Source: Microbotryum violaceum (taxonomy: Eukaryota). From it: 64,000 nt of DNA. Below are positions 1 through 13,376 of this stretch, one piece after another (position 1 is the first letter of the stretch; every line of letters begins with the position of its first letter). The notes below the pieces were generated by a model. That model did not search any database. It had not been told where the DNA came from and worked only from the letters and a program-made list of their open reading frames with translations. The DNA lies in assembly GCA_001244265.2 (NCBI GenBank), contig CDLV01000006.1:2418001-2482000 (forward strand), written 5' to 3'. A program made the translations under genes and the position numbers.

Positions 1-1
1 G

Positions 2-676
2 TATGATTCGCTCAGACTCCAAAACCCCTCAAAGCTGCCGCGGCCTCGGAGTGGCACGCGTGGAGCCGGGGTTGGCGGTTCACGCCCCGCTTCGTCGCTG
101 CGCTCCCGCATTGAGGCACAGCGCATTGATGAAGCATCCTCCACGACGGGAACGACTCGGACCAGGAACTCATCGACCCAAGCTCAGAGTCATGGACAGC
201 GTTCGTCCTCTTCCCTCGGGGTGGTTGCCGTGCCCTCCCACGTCGCGGCTGTGCCTTCGGTCGTCGGCCCCGGTGGCGCCGTCGCGCCGGTGACAGAGGC
301 CCTCGTCCATCGACTGCTCGAGCCACGCGTTGAGCCCATCGAAGCGCGAGAATACACCTCGTGGGTCGAACAGTTCCAACACCTCTCGCTGGCCCAAGAG
401 TTGAGCGATAAGGACGCGCGCCTCTACGAAGAGCACGCCGGCCTCGCCGGTCAGCCCTTGTCCGCGGTCTTGACCAGCAGCATGGGCCATGATCCGCGCT
501 TCGAGCAATGGAGGGAGGATGATAGAGGAGGTGGGGGTGGTGGTAGTGATGATCGGGACGAATTGGGTTCGTGGATGGACAATCAAGGTGTTAGATTGAG
601 GGTTGACTCGGCGAACGTGCTCCTGTATGAGGACATGGTGAGGCGCAGTCGCCCCGTCGCAATGATGGCCGGATAG
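2..676 (+). CDS. 3' end of a gene entering the window; possibly the C-terminus of polyphosphoinositide phosphatase Fig4
   Basis: Frame 2 is open from base 2 to TAG at 674-676. The segment LLEPRVEPIEAREYTSWVEQ...SDKDARLYEE resembles, from memory, the C-terminal tail of fungal Fig4. The catalytic SAC domain is not in the window. Confidence 0.45.
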   Translation, partial: YDSLRLQNPSKLPRPRSGTRGAGVGGSRPASSLRSRIEAQRIDEASSTTGTTRTRNSSTQAQSHGQRSSSSLGVVAVPSHVAAVPSVVGPGGAVAPVTEALVHRLLEPRVEPIEAREYTSWVEQFQHLSLAQELSDKDARLYEEHAGLAGQPLSAVLTSSMGHDPRFEQWREDDRGGGGGGSDDRDELGSWMDNQGVRLRVDSANVLLYEDMVRRSRPVAMMAG

Positions 677-1504
677 GGGCTATCCGCGCTGTGAACCGAG
701 CTAAGTGTGGAGAAACCAGTGAAGCGCGTGATGAAATTCCTTCGAGGGGCCGAGCGCGTATGCGCCGCTAATTTAGTGTGGGCTCGGCGAGCGGAGTGTC
801 ACGCTGGAAGCAATTTTTTTCTTCTTCTTTTTTCTTTTTCCCCTTTCCGTAGTTGCTATATGGTGTAGTTGACTGAAGGCGCAGAGAGTGTATTCGCAAA
901 CCGGATGTTCCTCCTAAGAGAGAGTGCATACATTGAGGACCAGATTTGGACCACCTTGGGGCACTGGGCTTAGCTGGAGCTCGAGAGAACGAGGCGTGGC
1001 CCGCGAGCGAGCGGCCCGAGGCAGAGAGAGAGGGTCGTAGGTCGTCCTCTTGATCCTTTGACCTCGTGCTGGTCGACCGGGCGCACACACCTAGTCTGTA
1101 CTACCCTTTTCACGGACGTGTTGGTCCCTAAGCTAGTCGACGGAGCTATCTGTGAGTCCGTACACGACCCCGTGGTCTCGCGACGGCGTGTGCAGGGCAC
1201 CAGCTGACGAGGGTCGATCGCTTTTCAGCGCTGGCAGCTCAGACGACGACACGAGCTCGCGGCGATTGAGCTCGTCGTGCATCCCGGCCCGACAAAGTTA
1301 CGCAGCTTCCTTGGTTTCCAAAGGGTCCGAAAGACCACTTAAAGGCCGACTAGGTGCGTCGTCCTTACTTTTCGACTTGAGTGGCTCTGCCCCGGCGGCT
1401 GTGATTGAACGATCTTCGTCGCAGCTCGTTTGCTTCGTGCCCGTGCTCGTGCCGTCGTAGCTGACTTATGTTCGTGCTTGGACAGACTCGGCATCCAGAC
1501 CGAG

Positions 1505-4500
1505 ATGGACTCGGGTCATTATGCGCTACTTCCTCCGCTCGAACAAGGTCTTGCACCGTTCTTAGCCTCGCTGCAGCCGGGCCCGGGCCCAGGCACTCAC
1601 ACCCACCACGCCCACACCCACGCCGGCCCAGATAGCAGCACCTCCGCTGGCGCCGCCCGAGCTCACGACGGCGGCGCACACCCTACTACGATGCGCGCCT
1701 CGACGAGGACAAGCTCGAGGTTGCAACCGTTGATACAACACTCGACTCCGCATTACGACTATTCCGACTGGATCAACTCGCACGGCCACTACGACGCGCT
1801 CGATGGCGCGACCGACGTTCTGATCCACCCCGCACCACCCCCGTCCTCCGAGTCGGCGCTCGCGGCCAGCCCTTCGTTTGCGCCTTACAATCCAACCAAA
1901 TTTGCGCTCGACCCAGCAGCAGCAGCAGCTGCCTCGGGCAGTCACCATAACCAGCACACCAATCTGCGAGCATCGCGTCGGTTGAGCAATGTACCCGGGT
2001 CGCAATACTTCAATGCATCCCCCTTCCTCGCGAATGACACCAACGCACCTCCTTTCCACAAACTTTCGATGGGGGTCGCCGCGGCGTTCGAGGTCGCCGC
2101 GGACACGTTCCCCCCGCACCCCTTGCAGCACCTTCAAGGTCCTCCGAGATCATTTGCGCCTGCTCAAGCTCATGTCACGCGGGCGCGGCCCTCACACCAC
2201 CAAGCACAGCCCAGATCGTCTACGTCCCCGTCGCGGCATGCGATCGCTCTAGCGGCTGCGCCGAACGCCGAGCACGCCGCGTTAAGCGCGCAATCGTCGT
2301 CGCCTTCCCATCCGCGTGCCAGGGAGGCCGCGGTCACGGTTCCTTCTATGGCGAGTCCGAACAGCAAGAATCAAGCTGCTCAGATTTTTTCCGTCAGCTC
2401 GTCGACGACACAGATAGCCGATGTTGCGAAACTAGCCTCGACGGTGCCCATGACGCGTTCTAGCTCTCGCTCGTCTCCAACCCATGGCGGCGCTGAAGTC
2501 TCTGCGGCCCGCAAGACCCCAACTTCTGAATTATCCGTTTCCACCCCTACTGCTGCCGTCGACTCGGCCGGTGCGAGCAGACCTCGCCGATCAGGTGCTG
2601 CTGAGTTGCCTCAGGATGTCGCGAACCAACCCGCTTCGGATCGGTCCTCAAGATCAAAGACGGCAGCTGGTCTCTCCAAGCCATTGACACAAGAACCGGA
2701 TGCCGAGGCCGCCCTCCACCTTCTGCGGCTCGCGCAACCCGATGGTTCGGTCGAGGATGAGGAAGCCGCGTCCAGCGCTGATGCCCGTCCCGGCACGAAC
2801 CCCAATGAAGACGAGTCAGCAGAGCTGTCGGATGCTTCGAGTCTTCGCTCGCTCGGTGTCGGCTCCGCATTCTCGACCTCGACCAAGGCGACCACCGTAG
2901 GCTCGACGGCGACCGTTCATCCGAAGGGGGGGCCGGTTGGATCCGCCATGGCTAGAGCTCGTAGGGGCCGCATGTCAAATGAGTCCACCCAGTCGACGGG
3001 AAGTCCCGGTCTTGGCTCGGGACCGTTGTTCGGTGCCATGGAAGGCGTCGAATCCTACGCCGCTCGCGAGTGGCACTACTCGGATGACGTGCAGCAAGCG
3101 CCGTTGCGTCTTCCTATGCCTGGGTACACTTCTCGCGCGCCGAGCGTGGCCAGTTCGAACGCGAGTGCGAGCCGGGCGGCGGCAAACAAGTCGCATCGTC
3201 CTGCTCGACTACAACGGGAGGCTGCTGCTGCTGCTGCGTCGGCTTTGGCTCAGCAAGCCGGCCGTTCGTCGTCGTCGCGGCGACTGAGTAGCCGAACCCG
3301 CAAGTCCACCATCGAGGCCGAGGACGTGTTTGACGCCGAAAACGACGATGACTTCCGCTCCGCATATGGTGACGATGGCAACGATGCTCAGGATGCCGGT
3401 CAAGACTTTAGTGAAACTGATGATGACGACGACGATGACGGGCCGAGCAAGCGTCGCGGTAGGGCAAGGAAGTCTGCTTTAGCCAAAGGCAAAGGCAAGG
3501 GGAAAGCGAAGCCCCGCGCTTCAACGGCATCCAAGCGTGGCAGCGAGATCCCGCTCAACGCGACACCGGCCAAAAAGTCGCGTACTTCAACTTCGAGCAA
3601 CGCCGGGTCGACTCGTGGCGATACGCCTGGTTCGACGTTTTCGACAACTTCGACGACGCGACAAAGTAGACGCCAACCGGTCGCTCCTTTGAACCTCGTC
3701 GAGCGCACTTTCCCACCCGAGGTTGAGAAGTGTTCTGCTTCGTTCCCACGTTTCTACCGGGCCTTCCCACTTTCTTCGGCCTTCCCTCCTGACTCATTCG
3801 TTCACCGCGGCACTGGTCTACCCATGCCAACTTCAGCTACGGCGGGCACCAACGCGGCCAGCGCGATCGCCTCGTCCTCGACGATCCCGGCTCTCACTCT
3901 GCCCGGCCTGAGCAGTCACTTGTCGGCCAGTTCGCAAGCTTTAACGTCGTCCATGCACATGGAGGACAACAACATTGGTGGCAACGCGCAGTACGGAGCC
4001 ATGCTCCCGCCCTACCCTGCTGCACCTCACACCTCGGACACGCCTCCCGCCAGCACGCTTTCGTTCTTCGACTGTCCCGCCGGCGCCAAGTGGCACAAGG
4101 GGCCTGATCCTTTCAACATCTACATGCCCCGTATCGTGCGAGGCTCGGCTGACTCGAAAGAGGGACTGTGCCCCGTTTGCGTCGAGTCCGTCGCTCGCGG
4201 TGGTGAGGGCGAGGAGAAGTGGCTTAAGCTCAAGAACAGTAGTTTCGTGTACCACATGTCTTACTCGCACGGGTTATCGAACTTGACCGGTAAGTTTGTC
4301 TCATTTGGTGCTTGGCTCCAGGAACCAGGTGCTAAGACAGCCTGCAACCCCTACTTCTGGCAGGCCTCCCCTTTTCGCCTCCGGTCCGCTTCCGCCGTCG
4401 ACCGACGGGCACGAAAACAAAAGACACACGCGACGAGATGACGGATGGTATGTGCCACAAGTGCAACGAGTGGATCCCGCTACTCAGCGTCAAGAAGATC

Positions 4501-4723
4501 GACACGCTTATTCCCGAACTGATCTGGTGGAAGGTGAGTAGACAGTCGAAAATCTGTCCTAGCGAGTTTAGAGCACGGACTGATCTAAGGGCTGAGCTCT
4601 TCTCCGTGACAGCACGCCAAAAAGTGTCACGGCGAGTCACAGATCCCTGGCGAAAGGGACTTCTACGTTCGCGATGCCATGTTTGATTTCGTCTCCGCCA
4701 AGAAAGCCCTGCATGGGCTGTGA
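1505..4723 (+). CDS. Rua1/Meu26-like (DUF4451, Rua1_C) Cys/His-rich putative transcription regulator, 3 coding exons
   Basis: Long low-complexity N-terminus with an acidic tract and an NLS-like KRRGRARK. C-terminal domain: NIYMPRIVRG..KEGLCPVC..WLKLKNSSFVYHMSYSHGLSNLTGLPFSPP..GMCHKCNEWIP..WWKHAKKCH. Introns 4290-4363 and 4534-4612 restore the frame; stop TGA 4721-4723. A splice acceptor at 1485 suggests an upstream exon, so the start is uncertain. Confidence 0.8.
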
Positions 4724-6119
4724 CAGTACGATCGACTAGGTTAGGTCGTCATGCCCTTTCCAGGTGAACCTTACTATCCTCGTCGCCGAGCCTGTATCGC
4801 CCCTCACTTGTCAGGAAACCATCCGCCACCTCAACAAAACGAATGATCCGCCCCTCTTTCAATGCTACCGCCATGCAGAGCACCCACGAAGTGTTATGCT
4901 CGCCCCCTCTTCACGCCCAGTAACGAAAATCAAACGACCAAAGTTTCAAGTTTTACTACCTTCAGATGTTCCACAAGTCCCCACCCGTCGTACCATACCA
5001 ATCGAAACCGCAGTCCTGGCCTTGCTCCCGCGCTTTTGCGTCTTGTGATTCTTGAGGTCATCCCTACCTCCTATGGATCATCCCCCAAAAAACCGCCAAA
5101 ATGCACATTCGACTTCTGTGTCTCTTTCTCTTTGACCTCTTTGAAATCCTATTGCGTGTACTTTGATCAAAATGATCTTATCTGCGTCTAACCTGGACGA
5201 GTGGTCGCTTGTGGTGCTACCTAGTAGCGCGTCAGCCACAGAGGTCCCGCCGCCCTGAGAGGGTTTCCACCTCCCGCGCCAATAACCACTACTAAACTCT
5301 CGTGTGCTATGTCTGACGTCGGAGGCATCAAATCTGGCTGGATCTCGGTGTCCGAAACAAAGTCTTGTCAAGAACTTGGTTGGACGGAGCCAGCTGTCCC
5401 GGCGTTTAACATTTTCAATCTGCTAGTGCGGACTCCTGCTCTTGCCGTTTGCGGCGAATCTCGGGTGGCTTAGCAGCTTTTCGAGCCGAGGCGCCGAGGC
5501 GCGCGAGTGGCGGCGCAGGTCTGGCCGCGCGCTGACCTTCCTCCCAGAGGCTGCGCCTTGCAGAGCTGTGCGTTGGGAACTTGCCACGCCTTCTTAAAAT
5601 TGCGACTACCGCCGGCGTCCTTCTAAAATCGCGCTTCGCCTGCGGCTTTCGGCCCTCGAGTGAAGATTCAGAGCCAGAGGTTAGACGTCATCGAAAGCTC
5701 TCCGAACGGGACCACGAGCGCTGGGCAAGCGAAATCGACCTCGGTGGCCGGAGACTCGGCGAGATCCGCCTCTTGATTCAAGAAGCCGTTTCTCTGCATC
5801 GAACGTTGCAGAAACCATCAACCCTCGGATAACCGACGATCCCGCGTACCACTCACCTGCAGCAGAGTTCGACTCGCTCTCGCACTCTCAAATCGACGAT
5901 CGAGCGACTGGTCCAAGCGCTTCCTGCCGACAAATTGAAGGTCGGTCTCTATTAATCGCGGTGACTGCGCCACCCCCCACTTGTCACTTAGAACGTGGGG
6001 CAGTAAGCCCGGAGGGAGTCTGCGTCGTTCGCAATAGACGAACATCGAGCTGACGAGCTGATGCGGTTACTTTGGATCACCCTTTTCGTGGGTGCTGCAG
6101 ACTTGAGAGGCCGACCCGA

Positions 6120-8117
6120 ATGAACGTGATGGGTGATACTCGCCGGCTCATGCCTGGGTTCGTCGCGGTCCAGTCTGCGCCAAGCGGTGGCTCGTCACGA
6201 AGAGCCTCCGCGAGTGCCGCGCCACCGTCAGCCCGCGATACGCAGCAAGCATTGCATCCCTTCAAAGGCCGTCGGCGGACATCGGTCGCGCAATCCTCCA
6301 CGACCCCCGAGATGCCCCAGCACGGTTTCCAGCCCCCAGTGTCCCCGATCAAGAACTCGTACGGCGTGGGCGGCTTGGGCACGAAGGGCATCCCGACGAT
6401 CCAGTTCCCCCTATCGCCCCCGGCGACTCCGACCAAAGTAAATGGGTCGGGCACCGCTCATGGCTCGGAAATGACACCAAGTTCCGCTGGGAGCGGTCGC
6501 TCTCCCACTTCGGCCAATTTCCTGGACCGCAGAGGTTCCACCAGCGCCATTCGCATGAATAGCGTTGTGTTCGACGAAAGCCCGATGGCACACCTCTCGG
6601 CCATCAACGAGGGGTCGTACGACATGGCGCAAAACCCTTCCGATCCTGACCGACGGCCTTCAAAGGCGTATGAGCTCAACCAACTGAATTCCGCCGAGAA
6701 GCTCTATCGTGCCGGCAACTATCACCTGCGCAAAGTGAAGAGTCTTTCACCGTTCAAGCTCGCGCTCGTCACCGTCCTCACACTTACAACCATCTACTGC
6801 CTCTTGCTCGTCGTACGCGTGGCCGTCGATTCGATCGCGATGCAGCCGAGTAGGAGATCCCCTATAGGCGACTTCCGTAGGGCGTCACAACGAGCGGCCG
6901 ATGTGACGAAGGGCATGCTGAAGGGCGGTAATGCTCCGATGGTCGCGCAACGATCGACTGTCGACCAACGATCTCGCAAAGCATGGGGTCGAGGGTCGCG
7001 TAGCAATAACGAGGCCATCCGGCCTGTTCGACTGGCCATTGTCGAAAATGGGGATGATGACTACTTCGACGACCGCTTGCCACCAGAGTCCGAGGTTTCC
7101 GACGATGAACGCGAAAGACGGATCCGAGAGAGCATCTCGCGAGCAGTCCAGCGTGTACGTAAGGAAGACTTCTTGCTCCAAGCATCTGACAGCAAGGCTG
7201 CATCGTCCCAAAGCTACGCAGCCGATGATAACGAATCGACACCCAAGAAGCGTAAAAAGGGCCCTCCTCGCAGATTTGGATCGAAATCGGACCTGTCCAG
7301 AGGTTCACCGCGTGAAGGGCGTCGTCCGGTCAATCAAGCAAGTCAGCCCAAGGAACAACATGCAGCGACAGCAGTCGACACAGAGGGGGAGCCCGAGATT
7401 GAAGAGACGGTACCGGTCACCATGGAGAACGAAGCAATGGTCGAAGAGGCTCCTGTGAAGTGGAGGGTACCGGCGGATACGGCGAGACAGGCCGCAACTT
7501 CGGACGCAAGCGACGACGCGCTGGACGAGGATTCAGAGGACGAAGATGAGGAAGAGGAACCAGCGCCGCCGCCGCCCCGCCCGGCGTCGAAGAAGACCAA
7601 GGCCCAACGACTTGCACCCAAGCCAGCGCTTCCTCGTGCACCCGCACTGGCTCGGGAAGCCCCCGTCTTGACCAACGACACGAAGCTGCGCAAAACTCGA
7701 CGACCGATTACTAAGGGCGGCGCGGCCGGGGCATGGTCGGGTCCTGCGCCTCTTGACTCGTCTTCGGCCATGGAAGAAGAACCGGACAAGTCTGCTGCAC
7801 AGCTTCTTGCTAAGGCCGAGGCGCAACTCCTGGCTGCACGTGAACAACTTGCCGCGCAGGTAGCAGCCGGTGCTCGGACCGGTGGTGCTCGCCAACACCC
7901 CCCCGACGCGAAGGTCGTACCGATGCAGAAGATGAAGACGACCCCCCAAAAAAAGGTCGGAGGAGCTGCGAGGGAAAGCGCCGACGAACCTCGCGTCGTC
8001 GACGAGCCCGTGCAGCCGAGGAAGGATGCTGGAAAGCAGGAACAGCGACGGCCGATGGCGATGAGGGCCAAGAAGAAGGGGTCGCCCGCCCGCCAAAGAT
8101 ACGGTCCGAATGCATGA
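6120..8117 (+). CDS. Hypothetical single-pass membrane protein, largely disordered
   Basis: Uninterrupted ORF (6072-8117) with one hydrophobic segment, LALVTVLTLTTIYCLLLVVRVAV, flanked by Ser/Pro-rich and charged low-complexity sequence. No family recognised. Confidence 0.7.
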   Translation: MNVMGDTRRLMPGFVAVQSAPSGGSSRRASASAAPPSARDTQQALHPFKGRRRTSVAQSSTTPEMPQHGFQPPVSPIKNSYGVGGLGTKGIPTIQFPLSPPATPTKVNGSGTAHGSEMTPSSAGSGRSPTSANFLDRRGSTSAIRMNSVVFDESPMAHLSAINEGSYDMAQNPSDPDRRPSKAYELNQLNSAEKLYRAGNYHLRKVKSLSPFKLALVTVLTLTTIYCLLLVVRVAVDSIAMQPSRRSPIGDFRRASQRAADVTKGMLKGGNAPMVAQRSTVDQRSRKAWGRGSRSNNEAIRPVRLAIVENGDDDYFDDRLPPESEVSDDERERRIRESISRAVQRVRKEDFLLQASDSKAASSQSYAADDNESTPKKRKKGPPRRFGSKSDLSRGSPREGRRPVNQASQPKEQHAATAVDTEGEPEIEETVPVTMENEAMVEEAPVKWRVPADTARQAATSDASDDALDEDSEDEDEEEEPAPPPPRPASKKTKAQRLAPKPALPRAPALAREAPVLTNDTKLRKTRRPITKGGAAGAWSGPAPLDSSSAMEEEPDKSAAQLLAKAEAQLLAAREQLAAQVAAGARTGGARQHPPDAKVVPMQKMKTTPQKKVGGAARESADEPRVVDEPVQPRKDAGKQEQRRPMAMRAKKKGSPARQRYGPNA

Positions 8118-8420
8118 TGAATTAGCTATTCTTCGGCGATGAGCGCCTGTTTGGTAAATCATGTAGCTCTAGTGTTCTTTTTACTAGGTATGTTTTCAGC
8201 ATGTGTGCCACTTTGCAGTGTGTTTTGTCTCTTCTGTGCGTACCACTTCCACGCTCATCGGTCAGCTGCGGTCGGAAAATCAATGCATGGCAAACAAAAA
8301 ATCGCACAAACAACATGTGAAGAAGCGCTCTGCACACCACATGCCTGAGTTGTCAGAACCGAAACCAGTGTCGTAACCATAAGTCTCAGATTGTCGCCAT
8401 CCGCTCATCTTCCTCTTTGG

Positions 8421-11400
8421 TCACAAGCTTGTCGACGAAGTGTCCAAAATCAACTGTGAGAAGACAACTTATCAAGGTCGGCATCCGGGGAGCAAACAGG
8501 TTTGAAGCAGGGACGATGTAACATTAGAAACATACATTCCTCAGATCATATAGCCAATTCCTCTGTATCGGCTCCATAGTCGATCTGCGGCTCGTCCATG
8601 TCTTCATCTCGAGGCGATGGCGCTCCACGGCCTCCCGACTCTCGATCTCTATCCTCGTCATACGCTCGTCATCCTCGAACGCCGATGACCGATCTGATCT
8701 GACAAAGCTCGCTCGGTTCTTGAGCATCCTCTCGCGCTCGCCTTTCTCCCACCCATCACCATTAGCGGACGTGCTCGATTCGTTGTCGCCGAACAGATCG
8801 AGCTCGTCCTCGTCGTCCGGTCCTGCCAAAGAATGCCAGCTCATCCTGACCGGATCAAACACCATCGATCCAACGACTTTGACGTTCGCAATGTTGGCGG
8901 CCGATGCAGCGACGAGTCTGACCGTTCGGGGCGAGATTGCAGCAGTGCTTGATTCGGTTGGAGACGCATCGTCTGTGGAGGGGAAAGCAATTCGCCCGGG
9001 CGAGAGGCTGCTGCTCAACTGCGTGATCAGGGCTGGTCGCGTCGAGCTCGACAGGACGCGATCAAATTCCTTGAGTACATTCTCATTGCCCTCCCATCGC
9101 CCAAGACTCGGGTTCCATGTCATTTCCCCGTGAGCTGCGAGATCAACAAAAAATAATGGGTCAGCCTAGAGTTTTCATCACAGTCTGAGTCGTCGACGCC
9201 CTACTGACTTTTGACGGATGAGTGGCTGCCCAGATTGCGGATCAAGTGAGGCTCTCTCCGCTTCCCATCCTTGATTTTTGTGGGCCTGTGCCTCGTCTCG
9301 CCTTCCACCCTGGCTTTCTTCGCGTCTCGTGACCCCTGAGAAGCCGGAGGAACAAGATGGTTCCCACCAGGCGGCCGGACAGTCGCAGGCGCTGGGGCTC
9401 GACGAGCGCGTATCGGTGTCTTCATCGCAGCCGCATTGCCATACGACGAGACGCGCATCTTCTCTCGCTCCTTGTTCGTCGGCAAGTCGTCGAACGCATC
9501 GAGCTCGGAGCCGTCACCATAGTTCCTCAAGGGGCTTCGTCGGAAGGCAGTGAAGCTTAGAGGCGACCTTGGGATACTCATGCTCGCCTCTGTTGAAGAT
9601 ACGGTTCGGGCTTTGGCTCGTGACGCCATCGTCGGCTGTGTGAGGCGAGTTATAGAGGCAGCAGAGGAGGGACGGGAATGAGTTGGAGGCGCTCGGCCGG
9701 AATAGGCGCCGGAAGGAAGCGACGGAGAGGGGAGCGGCATCCGTTCGTTCGGTGGCTGCATCGGAAATGTTGGCCCGCTCGAAACTCTTTCTCTTTTGCG
9801 CGATGCTGATGCCGCCGTGTGGAGGGCAAAGCTGGATGTTGGAGCGATTGGTGTGGTAGGGGTGGGAAGCGGGCGCTTCGAAGATATCTGTGATCCAAAG
9901 GGGGTCGAGTATCCGGGGGTGGGTGATGCCGGTACTCGACGAGACGATGAAGGACTCGGAGCAGGCGATGCAAAGTTTTGGAGACTACGCTTGCGCTCGA
10001 TGGTGCGTGAAGGGGTGGCGAGAAGGGTACCTTGGGACCATTTTGAACTCAACGTCCGGGATGAGGAAGCGGTCTGAGCAGGCGAGGAGGCCGCAGTGGT
10101 GACCGACGGTGTTGCGGGCGTGATTGGTGTTGAGCTCGACGCTATCCGTGCGCTGTCCATCCTCGACGTGTCGATGCGCAGTGTTGCCTCCGCAGCCAGG
10201 GACGTGGAAGAGGCCGTGGGTCCCACAGCGACCGGACGTGTTCGCACACGATCTCGAAGTGCGGCGCTCGGCGCCGGCGGTGGGCCAGGCCGCCGCTCAC
10301 GGTGAGGTCGGTCGACCGTTCCTGCAGCAGACGCGGGGCGAACCGGGGGCGGTGGCCTCCGAGTTGCCGTCGACCGTAACTCGGATGAGCCGCCCGTCGC
10401 GGAAGAGACTGGTCTGCGGACTGGCTTGCCTTCAGTACTACCGGGCCGAGGGAGCACCGTCGACGCCGACGGCGCCTTGGTCAGTGTGAGCCGAGCTTGG
10501 GTTCGGAAAGCCGAGCTCGTCGTCTTCCTTCTTGCTTTGAGTAAGGAGGGTTGACGGGGTGCCGATCGTGTTCTCAGTCGCTCTGCGCCGAGTTTGATGT
10601 CATCCGTGATCTCGAGGCCGGCCTCGGCCACGCCATCTTGCTTGTGGTCATCGTCTTCGCGATAGCTCGCCAGTTTCGTCGTCTGGGCCTTGCTCTTCGG
10701 GTCAATCGCACCGCTGCGGGTATCGTCCAAGCCGCGACCACCCCGAGCCTCGAGCTTGCGCTTCAGGACCTCTTGTAAGTTGGTCGGGCCCCCTTTTTCA
10801 GCATCCGAAGGGGGCGTCAAGTGACCGGGCCCACCCAAAAAATAAGAAGGGATCACCAGATCTTCAAAGAAGGACTCGTCGTCCGAGAGATCATCTTCAG
10901 ATGCCGTCTCACCTCCTCGAACCAGCGCAGGCACGGACATGGAGTTCGGAGACGGCGTTGATGCAGGTAAGGCCGAGCCGAGCGCGTTCTGCGAGTGAGC
11001 CGAGTTGGCGCGAGAATGTAGTTTTGTCTTGGACAGTGTGAATTGGCCAAGGTCCGAAGGTAGGTCAAAATCGCTCTCGACATTCTGGGCGTCGTCTTCG
11101 TCCTCGGTGTACGCGCTCCGCGTAGAAAATCGTCGATGCGGCGAGCCTTTCATGGAGTTCTTCCCACTGCTGCGAGGCGTCGGCAATCCGCGCTCGAGAC
11201 GTTCGTCTTCTGGATCGTCAGAGATGTGACTTGCGAACGACTGCTTCACGCGCAAAGATCGTTCCCCAATGTTGAGAGGCAAAGCGTCAAGCCCAACGAG
11301 ATCCTCGTCCCAATCGCCGAGGACGGACTGAGCTGAGCCGAGTGGTGTTGAGCCAAGATGATGTACGCGGCCTGGTCCGGCCGATGCCATAACGATGTGC

Positions 11401-11930
11401 TGAGAAAGGAGTGATCCGCGCCGGATGGTCGTCGCGCTCTTGGGCGTGGTGTTTGTTTCTCCGGTCTGGCGGAGTTGGAGCGACATGGAATCTGGATCCG
11501 AATTCTCAGCGTGAGGTGTCGGCGAGTCGAGCGAGAGTCCCGAGAACGAGTTCATCAGACCCCGCAGGGTGCTGCCCCGTGACGAGCTCGTCGACTGCTG
11601 GCCGTCTTCGTCCTTTGTTCGAGGAGGCAACGCGACATCACTGGCCGCGGTTCTCTCGAAAGGATCGGTCGAAGTGACGAGCTCTATGGTGCGAAGATGT
11701 GGTTGTAAGACCTGCCCATAGTCGTCATCATCGAAGTCGTAGAGACCTCTATCGCCCCCGCCTGTCGTCGTCGCGCTGGTTGGGCCGAACAGTTCGTCGC
11801 CGCGCCTCGCCAGTGCCGAAGTCGTCGCATCGCCCTTGTCCACGCTCGGGAGGCCATCCTCGACGACGGCGACGACCTGCAGCGACGGGGGCAGGTCAAA
11901 GTCGGGGTCACAATCCCAGTTCTCTTGCAT
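8421..11930 (-). CDS. BYR4: Byr4/Bfa1 two-component GAP scaffold (SIN/MEN regulator)
   Basis: N-terminal ENWDCDPDF; conserved NYGDGSELDAFDDLP; C-terminal repeats MTWNPSLGRWEGNENVLKEFD, RPALIT and KVVGSMVFDPVRMSW. Introns near 9135-9205 and 8454-8535; last exon LILDTSSTSL*. Confidence 0.85.
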
Positions 11931-13131
11931 CGTGACTGTAAGACCGTGGTCAGGCACTGGTATGCAGCGGGCTAACGCTCAGGGGCCAAGCTGGGCGTAG
12001 GTGAGACCAAGTCGATTGGAGGAACGTAGTCGAGCTGGCTGTCGTAGGTTCCAATCAGACGCGCATATCTTCGCAGTGAGCCTTGGTTCGGACGCGTGCA
12101 AGTCCCGTGGTGAGGTTGATGAGGGTGGGAGTTGGCTGTAGGCACCGCGGGAGCAGCCGGAGGATTAGCACGCGTTCGAACGTGACGCCCTGACGCGAAG
12201 CCGGTTTGGCCGCGCCTGAAACGAGACACGTGACTCTTTTCGAACTCACTGCCTGCTGCTATTTGCGGTGGATGCGGTGTGTACGATTTAGGTGTGAGTT
12301 ACGGCGCTGGCACCACTTAGGGATCGAGGCGAGGAGGCGAGGGGGCGGGGGATCTGGGCGACAGCCGAAAGTCAGGCTCAGCGAGGAGAGGCGTTGAGGA
12401 CCACTGAGTATTCCGCTGAAGACTGCTGATGAGCACCAGCCAAAGCACGGGCCGTCACGCGCTCCCGCTCAGGCCCTTTCCGCGCTCAGTAAAAATCGAT
12501 TTCGTGTCATGTCGAATAGCCTCTAATGCAATATGTTGTAGTTCCATTCCATAATAAAATTCAGATCAGCCTTGAGCTTCAACATAGCTTGCAGCTGAGG
12601 GCATCTGTCTCTGTGAGCGTCCGTCGCGAGGCTAGAACTTTTCGCTGCAAGTTATAAATCGGCTCCGGCAGCAACCGAACGATTTTCGGACGAAGCCCCA
12701 TCTGTGAGGTGTAACAGCTCATTATTGGCCAAGATGACAACACTAAGATGCTGGGTGACTGGATCTGTAGCTACCTATCTGCTCCGCTTATGTCTCACCT
12801 GCTTGCCATATCGGGGCTTGATAGCCCCAGCAAGCTAGCCCCTGAGCAAGATAGGGGAGAGTGGGCGTCACTTTCGGGCGGCGCGCCTTTGTTATTGTTC
12901 AGTGATGCTTCCGCTTGTGCCCTCCAAGCTCATCTGGACCCCCCATGCCCCATCTCACGGACTCCAAGTCGTAGACCCAGACCTATAATCATCATTCCGA
13001 TCGACTCACGGCCATCGCGTGCCCGTGCGTCAAACGCGTCAGCCGCTCTGACCGGCCCGAGGTTTGAAAGCGCGACCCGTGCATTGCCTCGAGCGAGAGC
13101 CTCCTCGAGACTTGCGAAGCCATCACCCTCG

Positions 13132-13140
13132 TCCCTTTGT
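13132..13140 (-). promoter_or_regulatory. Perfect Prf1-type pheromone response element (ACAAAGGGA) upstream of HMG gene 1
   Basis: TCCCTTTGT on the + strand, ~240 bp before the predicted ATG. Further HMG-type cores CTTTGTT/ATTGTT at 12887-12899. Confidence 0.4.
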
Positions 13141-13376
13141 TCGGAATCGCTCGCTTCCATCTTTCCAACACGAACAGCCGTTTGAACCATCGGTAGGTAC
13201 CCATCCCCGTGCGCGACCGCCATCTCAATAGTAAAAGTAGCCACCACCATTCAGCAGGGCCCCGCACCCTTCGGCGGGGGCTGGCACCCTTGCTTTCCCT
13301 CGGCCCCTCCAACCCTATCTGAGCTTGCCTCGTTTCCTATCTCATTAGACACATACCCCGGTCTCTTCTCCGGAAG

